This document shows positions 12,080 to 20,588 of a stretch of DNA of 54,001 bases, in pieces; the first letter of the stretch is position 1, and every line of letters starts with the position of its first letter. Origin of the DNA: Actinomycetes bacterium (GTDB lineage Bacteria; Actinomycetota; Actinomycetes; Mycobacteriales; Mycobacteriaceae). Location of the stretch: assembly GCA_023416315.1 (NCBI GenBank), contig JAEZIA010000016.1:1-54001 (forward strand), read 5' to 3'. Under the pieces are notes generated by a model. It had not been told where the DNA came from. It did no database searches and saw only the letters and a program-made list of their open reading frames with translations. A program made the translations under genes and the position numbers.

Positions 12080-12685
12080 ATGACCGCCCAGCCCACGGCC
12101 GGTCGCCCGCGCGACCCACAGAAAGATATCGACGTCCTCAACGCGACGCGCGAGTTGCTCGTCACCGAGGGATTTCAAGCCACGACCATCGTCGCGATCG
12201 CCCGCCGCGCAGGGGTCGGCGCCCCCACCATCTACCGTCGTTGGCCCCGCCGAGAGGCTCTCATCGAGGATGCCGCCTTCAGCGAGGTCGAACCTACTGA
12301 AATGCCTCGGGCTAGCGGAGACCTATGGACCGATGTGCGCTTGTGGACAGCGCGATTCCTGCATCGGTTCGCCGACCCGGTGACCCGCGCGGCGATACCA
12401 GGCTTGCTCACCGCCTACCAACACGACGCTGCCCTGTTTGCGCGGCTGGTCGAGCGCTCCGAAAATGATGCGCGGGCACTGTTGACCGAGCTACTCAGCG
12501 GCTATCTCACCGGGTTGGCGCCGGAGGCGCTGGTAGCGCGGGCCAACGCGGTGTTCGACTTCTTACTCGCCAGCACGGCGATTCGCGCGCTGACGATCGG
12601 CCTCGTAGACGAGCAGTCCTACTGCGACCACACCGCTGACGCGCTCACCGCGTTGGCCCTGTCAACTTGGACGCCGGCCAACTGA
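12080..12685 (+). CDS. TetR/AcrR family regulator
   Basis: GRPRDP...TTIVAIARRAGVGAPTIYRRW helix-turn-helix. Divergent from the P450. Confidence 0.92.
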   Translation: MTAQPTAGRPRDPQKDIDVLNATRELLVTEGFQATTIVAIARRAGVGAPTIYRRWPRREALIEDAAFSEVEPTEMPRASGDLWTDVRLWTARFLHRFADPVTRAAIPGLLTAYQHDAALFARLVERSENDARALLTELLSGYLTGLAPEALVARANAVFDFLLASTAIRALTIGLVDEQSYCDHTADALTALALSTWTPAN

Positions 12686-13023
12686 CTCCATTGTGGGCGA
12701 GTGGGCGGCGACGCGGGTGGTGTCAGCAATACCGCTGGGCCGCGCCGCATTGACGCGCAGTCGATCTCCTCGGGTGCGACGTCGTTGACCGTGAGTCCGC
12801 TGAAGTAATCCTCTCCCAATGCTTTTCGCAGTTCTTCGACCTGCCGCGGCCAACCTTGGACTCCAAGTGTGCCCTTCGGCGATGTCTTGCACCCCTCGGT
12901 GTAGTCGCCGATCGTCGGCGGGTTCTCCTTCCCCCGCCATGCGAGTTCCGCAGACGGGCGTCAGAAGCAACGACCGGCAACTATCACCGCTGGCCTTCAC
13001 GTCGGTCGACGCATCGCACCAGG

Positions 13024-13059
13024 TCAGTCGATACCGACGATCTCCTGGGCGATCGCCGC
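13024..13059 (-). repeat. att-like direct repeat copy 2, forming the current 3' end of the ferritin-like gene
   Basis: Encodes AAIAQEIVGID-stop. The 17-nt core at 13040-13056 is identical to 6030-6046. Confidence 0.85.
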
Positions 13060-13986
13060 CACGCGGGTCTGGGCAGCCGAGACCAGCCTCTGACGATTCT
13101 TGTTCGCCTCTTCGTAGGCGATGATCGCCCGCAGGTCGCTGGGGTCGTCGAGATCCTTCACCGCAGCGACGGCCTCGGTGAGGTTGAGCTCGTCATAACC
13201 GGCGATCGGCAACTCCTCCGAGCTCAGCACGCCGGTGGAGCTACGCAGCGCGTGCAGTGCGTCCGCGGCGCCGTCGGCGCCTTCGCGACGGGCGACCTTC
13301 TCGGCGGTCTCCAGTGCGGCGTCACGGGCCCCGGTCGCGGCCTTGACCGCCACCTCACCGGCGTACGCGCCGCGGCTGACCAGCTCGTCCACGGCCGGGC
13401 GGGTGTTGCGCAGCGCCTCCAGCGCCCGATCGATGCCGCGCACCGACGAGATGACCGGCCAGTTCGCCACCCGCACCGTCAGACCGGTCAGAATCTGCAG
13501 CGGGGTGCGCCGCAGGGCGGCCGGCCCGCCGAGAGCATCCTCGGCCAGCACGGTGGTCAGCCAGTCGACGGTCGCGGAGTGCGCCGTGATCAGCCGGTTG
13601 GCCAGGCTTTCGACCTCGGGTTGCTTGGTCGCCACGGCCAGCGCCTTGAGATACCGGGCGCGGTCAAGCAGCTGGCCTTCGAGGGCGAGGTCGCCCAGCA
13701 GGGCCTCGTCGAACGGCTGTGCCTGCTCGGTGAGCGCCTTGACGGCCGCGGCGGCCCGCCCGAGGAACGGGCCGATGACGTCCGGGTATCCGCCGAGGTC
13801 GCGGATGGCGCTTTCGATGGCCTCGGCCCGCTCGCGGCCATTCGCCGCGTTCTGGGTGAGCTCGGTACGCACCGCATCGGTACGGGCCTGCGCCACCCGG
13901 GTTTCGGCGATCTGGATCTCGGTGTTGGTCAGGTCGAGAATCGCTCGCAGCTGGGCGAGCACGGTGGTGGTATCTGCGTGAGTCAT
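13024..13986 (-). CDS. Ferritin-like domain-containing protein
   Basis: Helical-bundle protein with LTNTEIQIAE, LEGQLLDRARYL, AHSAT and a C-terminal LPIAGYDEL...YEEANKNR module. Confidence 0.75.
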   Translation of the reverse strand: MTHADTTTVLAQLRAILDLTNTEIQIAETRVAQARTDAVRTELTQNAANGRERAEAIESAIRDLGGYPDVIGPFLGRAAAAVKALTEQAQPFDEALLGDLALEGQLLDRARYLKALAVATKQPEVESLANRLITAHSATVDWLTTVLAEDALGGPAALRRTPLQILTGLTVRVANWPVISSVRGIDRALEALRNTRPAVDELVSRGAYAGEVAVKAATGARDAALETAEKVARREGADGAADALHALRSSTGVLSSEELPIAGYDELNLTEAVAAVKDLDDPSDLRAIIAYEEANKNRQRLVSAAQTRVAAIAQEIVGID

Positions 13987-14320
13987 TGGGTTTCTCCCCT
14001 AATGCGTTGACGGGATTTCGGTCCGGCGCGGGGTTTGCACCTCGTAGTGCCCTCTACCCCATCCGTCCGACCGGTATGCGTCTGCGGAGTCTTTACGCCG
14101 ATTCTGCAATGCATTTCACACTTGACGCCCGCGCCACTTTTGCCGGCATCACAGTTCCATAACAGCAGTTATCACGATCATTTAAGAGAATCTCGCCGCG
14201 ATTAAGGCTTCTCAGAACACACCGAGGGCGCCCCGAACCGAATCGTCCGAATTGAGAGCCATCTCACCGGGTTGCCCTGTAACACTTCGCGATTCGACGA
14301 ATCCCGCTCGCAGAACACGC

Positions 14321-14344
14321 GTTTGCTGCAAAACCTCATGGGTA
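14321..14344 (+). promoter_or_regulatory. Candidate SigF-type promoter of the hemophore-like gene
   Basis: GTTT-N15-GGGTA upstream of the start at 14390. Confidence 0.45.
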
Positions 14345-14389
14345 CTTTGGGTTTCAGGACGGGGGAAACCAATGATCGGGAGAGAAGTG

Positions 14390-14791
14390 ATGATGAAGTT
14401 CAGCGGTATCGCGTCGAGCAAGAAGATCGCTGCCGTGGGTGCCGGTGTGCTCATGGCGGGCATGGCGGCAGCCACGCTGGCCGCGCCGATGGCCTCGGCG
14501 GCCCCGGATTGCAGCAGTGCCGGAGTGGCCAACACCGTCAGCTCGGTGACCGGCTCGGCGAACCAGTACCTGGCCGGCCATCCCGGCGCCAAGCAGGTGC
14601 TGACGGCGGCCTACGGCCAGCCCCGCCCGGAGGCGGAAGCCAATGTGCGTGGATACTTCACCGCCAATCCCGGTGAGTACTACGACCTGCGCGGGATCCT
14701 GGCGCCGATCGGTGACACCCAGCGCCAGTGCAACGTGACGGTGCTGCCCGCGGACCTGGAATCGGCCTACAACATGTTCATGGCCGGCTGA
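14390..14791 (+). CDS. Secreted heme-binding protein (Rv0203 hemophore family)
   Basis: Signal peptide ending ASA, then DCS...YLAGHP...YFTANP..YYDLRGILAP...QC. Confidence 0.85.
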   Translation: MMKFSGIASSKKIAAVGAGVLMAGMAAATLAAPMASAAPDCSSAGVANTVSSVTGSANQYLAGHPGAKQVLTAAYGQPRPEAEANVRGYFTANPGEYYDLRGILAPIGDTQRQCNVTVLPADLESAYNMFMAG

Positions 14792-14804
14792 TACTCGACG
14801 AGGC

Positions 14805-14840
14805 CAATTCGCCGCCACGGGTCGCCGTGGCGGCGAATTG
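14805..14840. terminator. Perfect 16-bp hairpin, probable bidirectional terminator
   Basis: CAATTCGCCGCCACGG-gtcg-CCGTGGCGGCGAATTG between convergent genes. Confidence 0.75.
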
Positions 14841-14847
14841 CGTTTCG

Positions 14848-15300
14848 TCAGACGAAACCGTCGAGACGGTCCAGGGCCGCGGCGATCACCGCGTCGAAGC
14901 CGCGCAGCTGCGCCGCGGTCGGCGATTCGAACAGCACCGAGCGCACCAGCGCGGCGTGATCGGGCGCGGCCGCGGCCAGTGCCTCGCCTCCGGCGGTGGT
15001 GATGTCGACGGTGGCACCTCGGCGGTCCTGCTCACTTCCGTGGCGCACGATCAGGCCACGGGTCCGCATCCGTGCGAGCTGATGGGAGAGCCTGCTCTGC
15101 TCCCAGCCCAGCTCAGCGGCGAGTTCGAGGACCCGCAGTCCACCACGTTCGGAAAGCACCACCAGCACTTCGTAATCGGCCAACGACAGTCCGCACCGGG
15201 CTTGCAGTTGCCGATTCATCGCGGCCTGGAGCCGACCGGTCAACGCCAGGTAGTTACGCCAGATCCGCTGTTGGTCGGCGGTCAACCAGCGCGAGGCCAT
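14848..15300 (-). CDS. MarR family regulator
   Basis: GLSLADYEVL, SRLSHQLARM, DRRG winged helix. Divergent from pirin. Confidence 0.9.
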   Translation of the reverse strand: MASRWLTADQQRIWRNYLALTGRLQAAMNRQLQARCGLSLADYEVLVVLSERGGLRVLELAAELGWEQSRLSHQLARMRTRGLIVRHGSEQDRRGATVDITTAGGEALAAAAPDHAALVRSVLFESPTAAQLRGFDAVIAAALDRLDGFV

Positions 15301-15317
15301 GCACCCACCCTACCGGA

Positions 15318-15337
15318 ATACATGACACGTCATCTAT
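15318..15337. promoter_or_regulatory. Candidate MarR operator
   Basis: Near-perfect palindrome ATACATGAC-AC-GTCATCTAT between marR and pirin. Confidence 0.6.
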
Positions 15338-15392
15338 GTTGTCCGGTGCAGTGTCGGCCACCTAGGCTGACAAGGACCCGAGGGGTGATGAC

Positions 15393-16148
15393 ATGGCCGC
15401 AACCGTCGACATCAGACGTGCCGCCGACCGCGCTGCGACAAAGATCGACTGGCTGGACTCGAAGCACTCGTTCTCGTTCGGGCATCACTACGACTCCCAG
15501 AACACCCACCACGGTCTGCTGCTGGTCAACAACGACGACGTGGTGGCACCGGGTACCGGCTTTGACACCCACCCGCACCGGGACATGGAAATCGTCACCT
15601 GGGTGCTGCAGGGATCACTCGTCCACCAGGACTCCACCGGAAACTCCGGCGTGATCTATCCCGGTCTGGCCCAACGAATGTCGGCGGGCAGCGGCATTCT
15701 GCACTCCGAGAAGAACGACTCGTGGACCCTCACTGGGTCCGAAAGTCATAGCGAACCAGTGCATTTCGTCCAGATGTGGGTGGTGCCCGACGAGTCCGGC
15801 ATCGACCCCGGCTATCAGCAGCTGGAGATCGACGACGAATTGCTGCGCGGTGGGCTGGTGACGATCGCCTCCGGGATGCCCGAACACAAGGACCAGACCG
15901 CGATCGCGATCCGGAACCGGTATGCCGCCCTGCACGGGGCCCGGTTGCAGTACGGCGAGGTTGTCGAACTGCCGGAGGCGCCATACCTGCACCTGTTCGT
16001 CCCGCGCGGGTCGGTCACGCTGGAGGGTGCCGGCGAGTTGCGCGAAGGTGACGCGGTGCGGTTCACCGCTGCGGGCGGCCAGCGGGTTACCGCCACCGAG
16101 CCATCCGAGATCCTCGTGTGGGAGATGCATGCCGGGTTGGCGGGTTAA
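15393..16148 (+). CDS. Pirin family protein (Rv0181c-like)
   Basis: GFDTHPHRDMEIVTW, HQDS, MSAGSGILHSE, HFVQMW. Confidence 0.93.
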   Translation: MAATVDIRRAADRAATKIDWLDSKHSFSFGHHYDSQNTHHGLLLVNNDDVVAPGTGFDTHPHRDMEIVTWVLQGSLVHQDSTGNSGVIYPGLAQRMSAGSGILHSEKNDSWTLTGSESHSEPVHFVQMWVVPDESGIDPGYQQLEIDDELLRGGLVTIASGMPEHKDQTAIAIRNRYAALHGARLQYGEVVELPEAPYLHLFVPRGSVTLEGAGELREGDAVRFTAAGGQRVTATEPSEILVWEMHAGLAG

Positions 16149-17409
16149 GGTCGCCTGCGCCGGCGCGGCGCTGCTGACGGCGGCGTGCGGCCAGCCCGCG
16201 CCGCCAGACGGACCGGCTCCCTCGGCCTCGACCCCCACCGGCCTCACACCGGTGACCGTCGCTGTCCCGGCCGGAATGGCCGGCGCACCCTTCGATACTG
16301 CGCGCCACGCGCTGGTGCCACGGGGGTGGACCATGTCGGTGTGGGCCAGGTTGCCGCGGGCCCGGTTGGCCGCCTGGGCACCCGACGGAATGCTGTTGGT
16401 CTCGGTCCCGTCGGCGGGCCGGGTGGTCCGGATCGATCCCGCAGAGCCGGAGACTACGCCCTCGGTGCTGCTCGACGGCCTCGACCAGCCGCACGGCCTC
16501 GCCTTCGACGGCGACACGCTGTATGTGGCCGAGAGCGACGAGGTCGCCGCGTTCGACTACCGCGGGGCCCGCGCAGAGGCTCGGCGTGTGGTCGCGGGCG
16601 GGCTGCCCGATGCGCGCAGTCCGGAACTCGGTGGCGCGTATGCGCATGCGCTCAAGAGCGTGGCGGTGGGCCACGACGGCGCGGTGTACTTCTCCATCGG
16701 CTCGACCGGGAACATCACCGCCGACGACCGGACGGCCGAGCCGCCGCGGGCGACGATCATGCGCATTCCGCCTGGCGGCGGCTCACCGGTCCCGTTCGCC
16801 ACTGGCGTGCGCAACGGGACCGGACTGGCGGTCGCGGCCGACGGATCGGTGTGGACCGCGGTGAACAACCGCGATCAGGTCGCCGACCCGCGGCCCGGCC
16901 GGTCGTACGCCAGGGTCACCGACTACGTCAACGACCACCCACCGGAATCGATCGCGCGGCTGACGCCTGGTCGCGAACTGGGTTGGCCCTATTGCAATCC
17001 CGATGTCGACACGCACCCGGCGTTCGTGCGTGACGTCCAGACCAACGCCGACGGCAGCAGGTTGGACTGCGCGGCGCTGCCGCCGGTGGAGCAGACCCTC
17101 GGCGCACATTCGGCCCCGCTGGGGTTGAGCTTCACCGATGCGCAACTGCCTGCGCCGTACGACTCCGGCGCCCTGGTGGGGGTACACGGCTCATGGAACC
17201 GCACCCCACCCAGGGCGCCGGAGGTCTCGTTCTTCAGTTGGGACGACGGCACTTTGGGCGATCAGCAGACCCTGGTCGGGGGTTTCCAAGACCAGGATGG
17301 TTCGCGCTGGGGCCGCCCGGTGGCCGCCGTGGTCGGCCCGGACGGCGCCGTGTACATCACCGACGACTATGCCGGTGCGGTGTACCGCCTGGCGCCGCCG
17401 GGCCGCTGA
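16129..17409 (+). CDS. Lipoprotein, PQQ-dependent glucose/sorbosone dehydrogenase-like beta-propeller
   Basis: ATG at 16129 with GGAG RBS, lipobox LTAAC, GVRNGTGL, GWPYC, AHSAPLG, HGSWNR, GRPVAAVVGPDGAVYITDD. Confidence 0.85.
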   Translation: MPGWRVKVACAGAALLTAACGQPAPPDGPAPSASTPTGLTPVTVAVPAGMAGAPFDTARHALVPRGWTMSVWARLPRARLAAWAPDGMLLVSVPSAGRVVRIDPAEPETTPSVLLDGLDQPHGLAFDGDTLYVAESDEVAAFDYRGARAEARRVVAGGLPDARSPELGGAYAHALKSVAVGHDGAVYFSIGSTGNITADDRTAEPPRATIMRIPPGGGSPVPFATGVRNGTGLAVAADGSVWTAVNNRDQVADPRPGRSYARVTDYVNDHPPESIARLTPGRELGWPYCNPDVDTHPAFVRDVQTNADGSRLDCAALPPVEQTLGAHSAPLGLSFTDAQLPAPYDSGALVGVHGSWNRTPPRAPEVSFFSWDDGTLGDQQTLVGGFQDQDGSRWGRPVAAVVGPDGAVYITDDYAGAVYRLAPPGR

Positions 17410-17413
17410 CCAT

Positions 17414-17692
17414 CTAGTGGTGAACTCGGTTGCTGCGTCCGGTGATTGCGACGTAGATCGCGATCAGCACGGCGGCGACGACGATGCCGACCAGGAACGG
17501 GATGATCGCGAACCCGCCGTTAGAGTTCGAGTATCCGACCTGGTAGGTGATCCACGATCCCAGGAAGGATCCCACCGCACCGAGCAGGATCGTCATGATG
17601 ACGCCGATGTTCTGCTTACCGGGCATAGCCAGCCGCGCCAACGCGCCGACGATCAGGCCGACGACGATGGCTCCGAGAATCGTTCCGATCAT
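17414..17692 (-). CDS. GlsB/YeaQ/YmgE (transglycosylase-associated) small membrane protein
   Basis: GLIVGALARLAMPG...TILLGAVGSFLG pattern with three transmembrane segments. Confidence 0.88.
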   Translation of the reverse strand: MIGTILGAIVVGLIVGALARLAMPGKQNIGVIMTILLGAVGSFLGSWITYQVGYSNSNGGFAIIPFLVGIVVAAVLIAIYVAITGRSNRVHH

Positions 17693-17926
17693 TGCTGCTC
17701 CTCGTGTTTCGGCGGGCCCGGGCGGGCGCCGCGCGAATCAGTAGTTCCCCACCCGCAGCGCGGATAACCGTCCGTCGACAAAATTTGCCGGTCAGCAAAC
17801 GTTCGGCCCTGGTCGTGACGACGCCGGTGCCGAACCGCTGCCGGACTGTTACCAAAGTTGACTGTGTGGTTGCTGAGAATGATGGTGTACGTGCCGTAGA
17901 AGCTTCGCCGTCATGAAAGGGCAACT

Positions 17927-19006
17927 GTGCCAACCGTCGCCGCACTGCTGCGTCGCCTGGCCGCGGGCAGTATGGCCGCGGTCAGTTGCCTGACGCTCGC
18001 CGCCACCATCGGCATGCCCGTGGCGTCGGCCGACGGCCGCGGACAATTAGCCCAGGCCATCGCCACCACGCGGGGCAGCTACCTCGTCTACAACTTCGGG
18101 AGCGGCTTTCCCGCCCCCATGCTCAACGCTGCGGGCAATTGGTATGAGCTGACCAACGGCGGCCACCTGATGATCATCAAGGCCGCCTCACAACGCTTGA
18201 CGCCGCGCCTCCTGGTCGACACCCACACCGGGCACCAGTCCCGCTGTGAGCGGACTCCGGGGGCCCGGACCCGCGAGGGGCTGGTGCAGGCGTCGGAGGT
18301 CTACTCCCCGATCCAGGCGTGGCAGGCGCTCGGGCAGCCGACGATCGCCATCAATGCGAACTTCTTCGATGTCCGCGGGCAGCAGGCGGGTTCGTGGAAG
18401 TCCACCGGCTGCAGTTCCCCGCTGGGCGCCTACGTCGACAACACCCAGGGCCAGGGCCGCGCCAACGCCGCGGTCACCGGGACCATCGCCTATGCGGGCA
18501 AGCAGGCACTGTCCGGCGGTGACGAGGTGTGGACCGCGCTGACCACGATGATCCTTCCGGTCGCGGGCGCACCGTTCGTGGTGACCCCCAAGTCGCGCGA
18601 CGACTACGACGCCGCGTCGCCGGTGATCCACGGACTCCTGGACAAGGGCACCCGGTTCGCCGCCGTCAGCGGGCTCAAGCTGCTGGCGCCGGGCGACACC
18701 GGGCAGATGAACGACGGCGGCCCCAGCGCGGCCCGCACCGCGTTGGCCTACGCCAGGGACAAGGACGAGATGTACGTCTTCCAGGGCGGCAGCTACACCC
18801 CGGATCAGATCCAGGATCTGTTCCGGGGACTGGGCAGTGACACCGCGATCCTGCTCGACGGCGGTGGCTCGTCGGCCATCGTGCTGCGCCGCGATACCGG
18901 CGGCATGTGGGCAGGTGCCGGCGTGCCCAGAGGCTCGTGCGACACGATGGCCGTGCTCTGTGACTCCCGCGAGCGCGCCCTGCCGGCCTGGCTCGGCTTC
19001 AACTGA
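17927..19006 (+). CDS. lprO: Secreted phosphodiester glycosidase family protein, LprO/Rv0179c-like
   Basis: Signal peptide, AINANFFD, ARTALA, LLDGGGSS. Sits next to the mce1 locus as in M. tuberculosis. Confidence 0.75.
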   Translation: MPTVAALLRRLAAGSMAAVSCLTLAATIGMPVASADGRGQLAQAIATTRGSYLVYNFGSGFPAPMLNAAGNWYELTNGGHLMIIKAASQRLTPRLLVDTHTGHQSRCERTPGARTREGLVQASEVYSPIQAWQALGQPTIAINANFFDVRGQQAGSWKSTGCSSPLGAYVDNTQGQGRANAAVTGTIAYAGKQALSGGDEVWTALTTMILPVAGAPFVVTPKSRDDYDAASPVIHGLLDKGTRFAAVSGLKLLAPGDTGQMNDGGPSAARTALAYARDKDEMYVFQGGSYTPDQIQDLFRGLGSDTAILLDGGGSSAIVLRRDTGGMWAGAGVPRGSCDTMAVLCDSRERALPAWLGFN

Positions 19007-19007
19007 T

Positions 19008-19060
19008 GCGATTTCGGGGCGAAAACCGTCGCTCAGCGAACGTTTTCGCGCCGAAATCGC
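19008..19060. repeat. REP-like palindrome / bidirectional terminator
   Basis: GCGATTTCGGGGCGAAAAC...GTTTTCGCGCCGAAATCGC, 19-bp arms with one mismatch, between convergent genes. Confidence 0.75.
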
Positions 19061-19067
19061 TTGAAAG

Positions 19068-19892
19068 TCAGGGTTGTCCGAGCAACCTGCCCAGCACCGC
19101 GTCGCGCACGCGGGTGGGCAGCTTGGGCACCAGCGCCACCTGCAGCGCGGGACCCACCCCGACCGGGTAGCGCGCCCGGGGCTTACGCGCGGTGAGCGCC
19201 TCGAGTACCACGTTGGCGACCTTCTCCGGAGCGACCGCCAAGCGCTGCGACATCGGAATCGACTTCCGCATCCCCGTAACGTGTTTGCTGTACAACGCGC
19301 GGTGCCGCGGGGTCATCGCCGCCTCCATGTCGTCGACCGCCTGACCGGCTTGCCGCCACAGGTCGGTGTCGGTCTGCGCCGGTTCCACCACACTGACCGC
19401 GATGCCCCAGGTGCGCAGCTCGACCCGCAGCGCATCGGCGGCGGCCTCGAGCGCGAACTTCGACGCGCTGTACGCGCCAAGCATCGGGGCCGACAACTTG
19501 CCATTCACACTGGAAATGAACACGATTCGGCCGCGCGATTCACGCAGCAGCGGCAGTACCGCCCGGGTGACGGCGAGTTGGCCGACGACGTTGACATCCA
19601 GCTGGCGGCGGATCTCGTCGGAGGTCAGCGCTTCCAGCGGTCCGCTGACCGCGATGCCCGCGTTGTTCACCACCGCGTCGAGTCGGCTGGGCAGCACCTC
19701 GGGCAGCGCGGCGACCGCAGCGTCGTCGGTGACATCGAGGACGACCGCACTGACCCGTGGCAGTCGCGACAGCTCGTCGGCGTCGGCGGCGTTGCGCACC
19801 CCGCCGACGACATCCCAGCCCGCCGCGGCCAGATGAGTCACGATCGACTTGCCGATTCCCCGGGCTGCACCGGTGACCAGGACGGTGGGCAT
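19068..19892 (-). CDS. Short-chain dehydrogenase/reductase
   Basis: TGAARGIG, VNNAG, YSASK. Confidence 0.92.
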   Translation of the reverse strand: MPTVLVTGAARGIGKSIVTHLAAAGWDVVGGVRNAADADELSRLPRVSAVVLDVTDDAAVAALPEVLPSRLDAVVNNAGIAVSGPLEALTSDEIRRQLDVNVVGQLAVTRAVLPLLRESRGRIVFISSVNGKLSAPMLGAYSASKFALEAAADALRVELRTWGIAVSVVEPAQTDTDLWRQAGQAVDDMEAAMTPRHRALYSKHVTGMRKSIPMSQRLAVAPEKVANVVLEALTARKPRARYPVGVGPALQVALVPKLPTRVRDAVLGRLLGQP

Positions 19893-19913
19893 ACCCGCGA
19901 CTCTAGTGATCCC

Positions 19914-20588
19914 TCAGAGCTTGGGGGTGAGGTCCAGCGAGGTCACTGTCGTCATCTTGGTGACCAACCAGTGCGATCCGTCCCTGGTCAGCTGCACCCG
20001 GTAGGACAGGTACTTCGTCGACGGAATGTCCTTGCTCAGCGGACTCTTCGACGTGGTGTTCGTGTAGACGATCGCGGTGGCCTCCGAGCCGCTCAGCGAT
20101 TCGACGGCCGCGCCGACGACCTCGGTGCTGTTGGTGACCTTGGCCTGCTTGTTGGTCGGCACGATCGCGTCGACGTATTTGCGGTACTGATCCTGGAAGT
20201 CGCCGGAGAGGTACTTCGCCGAACGGTCCGGCAGCTTGTCCATATCGTCGGGGGTGTAGGTCCACAGCGTGGTGATCGCCTCGGCGGCGGTGCGGGCGAT
20301 CACCAGCTTGGTGTCGACGGCGGCCCGATCCATCAGGTACGGCGCGGCGGTGGCCCCGGCGAACGCCCCAGCCGCGACGAACAGCGCAGCGGAGGTCCCC
20401 ACCGCGATCCCGGTCTTGTTGCGGCTGAACCAGTTTGGGCGCCGAGGCGCCGCTTCGACGGCCGGCTCGTCAGTGCCGGATTCCTCCTCAACGGGGGATT
20501 CCTCGTCGGAGGTGGTCTCGGTGTCTGCCACCGCGTCGTCGGCTTCGGTATCGGTCAGATCACCTGCAGCAGGTTGCTGATCTTCCAC
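19914..20588 (-). CDS. Mce-associated membrane protein (Rv0178/Mam1D-like)
   Basis: GTG start VEDQQP with AGGAGG RBS, acidic N-terminus, one TM segment, LWTYTP...WLVTKM. Last gene of the mce1 operon. Confidence 0.85.
   Translation of the reverse strand: MEDQQPAAGDLTDTEADDAVADTETTSDEESPVEEESGTDEPAVEAAPRRPNWFSRNKTGIAVGTSAALFVAAGAFAGATAAPYLMDRAAVDTKLVIARTAAEAITTLWTYTPDDMDKLPDRSAKYLSGDFQDQYRKYVDAIVPTNKQAKVTNSTEVVGAAVESLSGSEATAIVYTNTTSKSPLSKDIPSTKYLSYRVQLTRDGSHWLVTKMTTVTSLDLTPKL

Larger units (their letters stand above)
6051..13023. mobile_element. Putative ~7 kb genomic islet inserted at the 3' end of the ferritin-like gene, no integrase
   Basis: Bounded by the imperfect direct repeat. Codons and spacers look more AT-rich than the flanks by eye. 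The cargo is a self-contained regulated catabolic cluster. Confidence 0.7.

Noticed and set aside
13024..13986. Ferritin-like protein as an encapsulin cargo
   Set aside because: There is no GSLxIGSL-type targeting peptide and no encapsulin gene nearby.
14190..14389. Possible c-di-AMP (ydaO) riboswitch suggested by GGGGGAAACC and CCCGAACC
   Set aside because: The motifs are in the wrong order and the GGGGTGAA and GTCAGCTAAC elements are missing.
15355..15372. TGTCGG followed by TAGGCT upstream of pirin as a PafBC promoter
   Set aside because: The spacing is far shorter than the required 10 nt.
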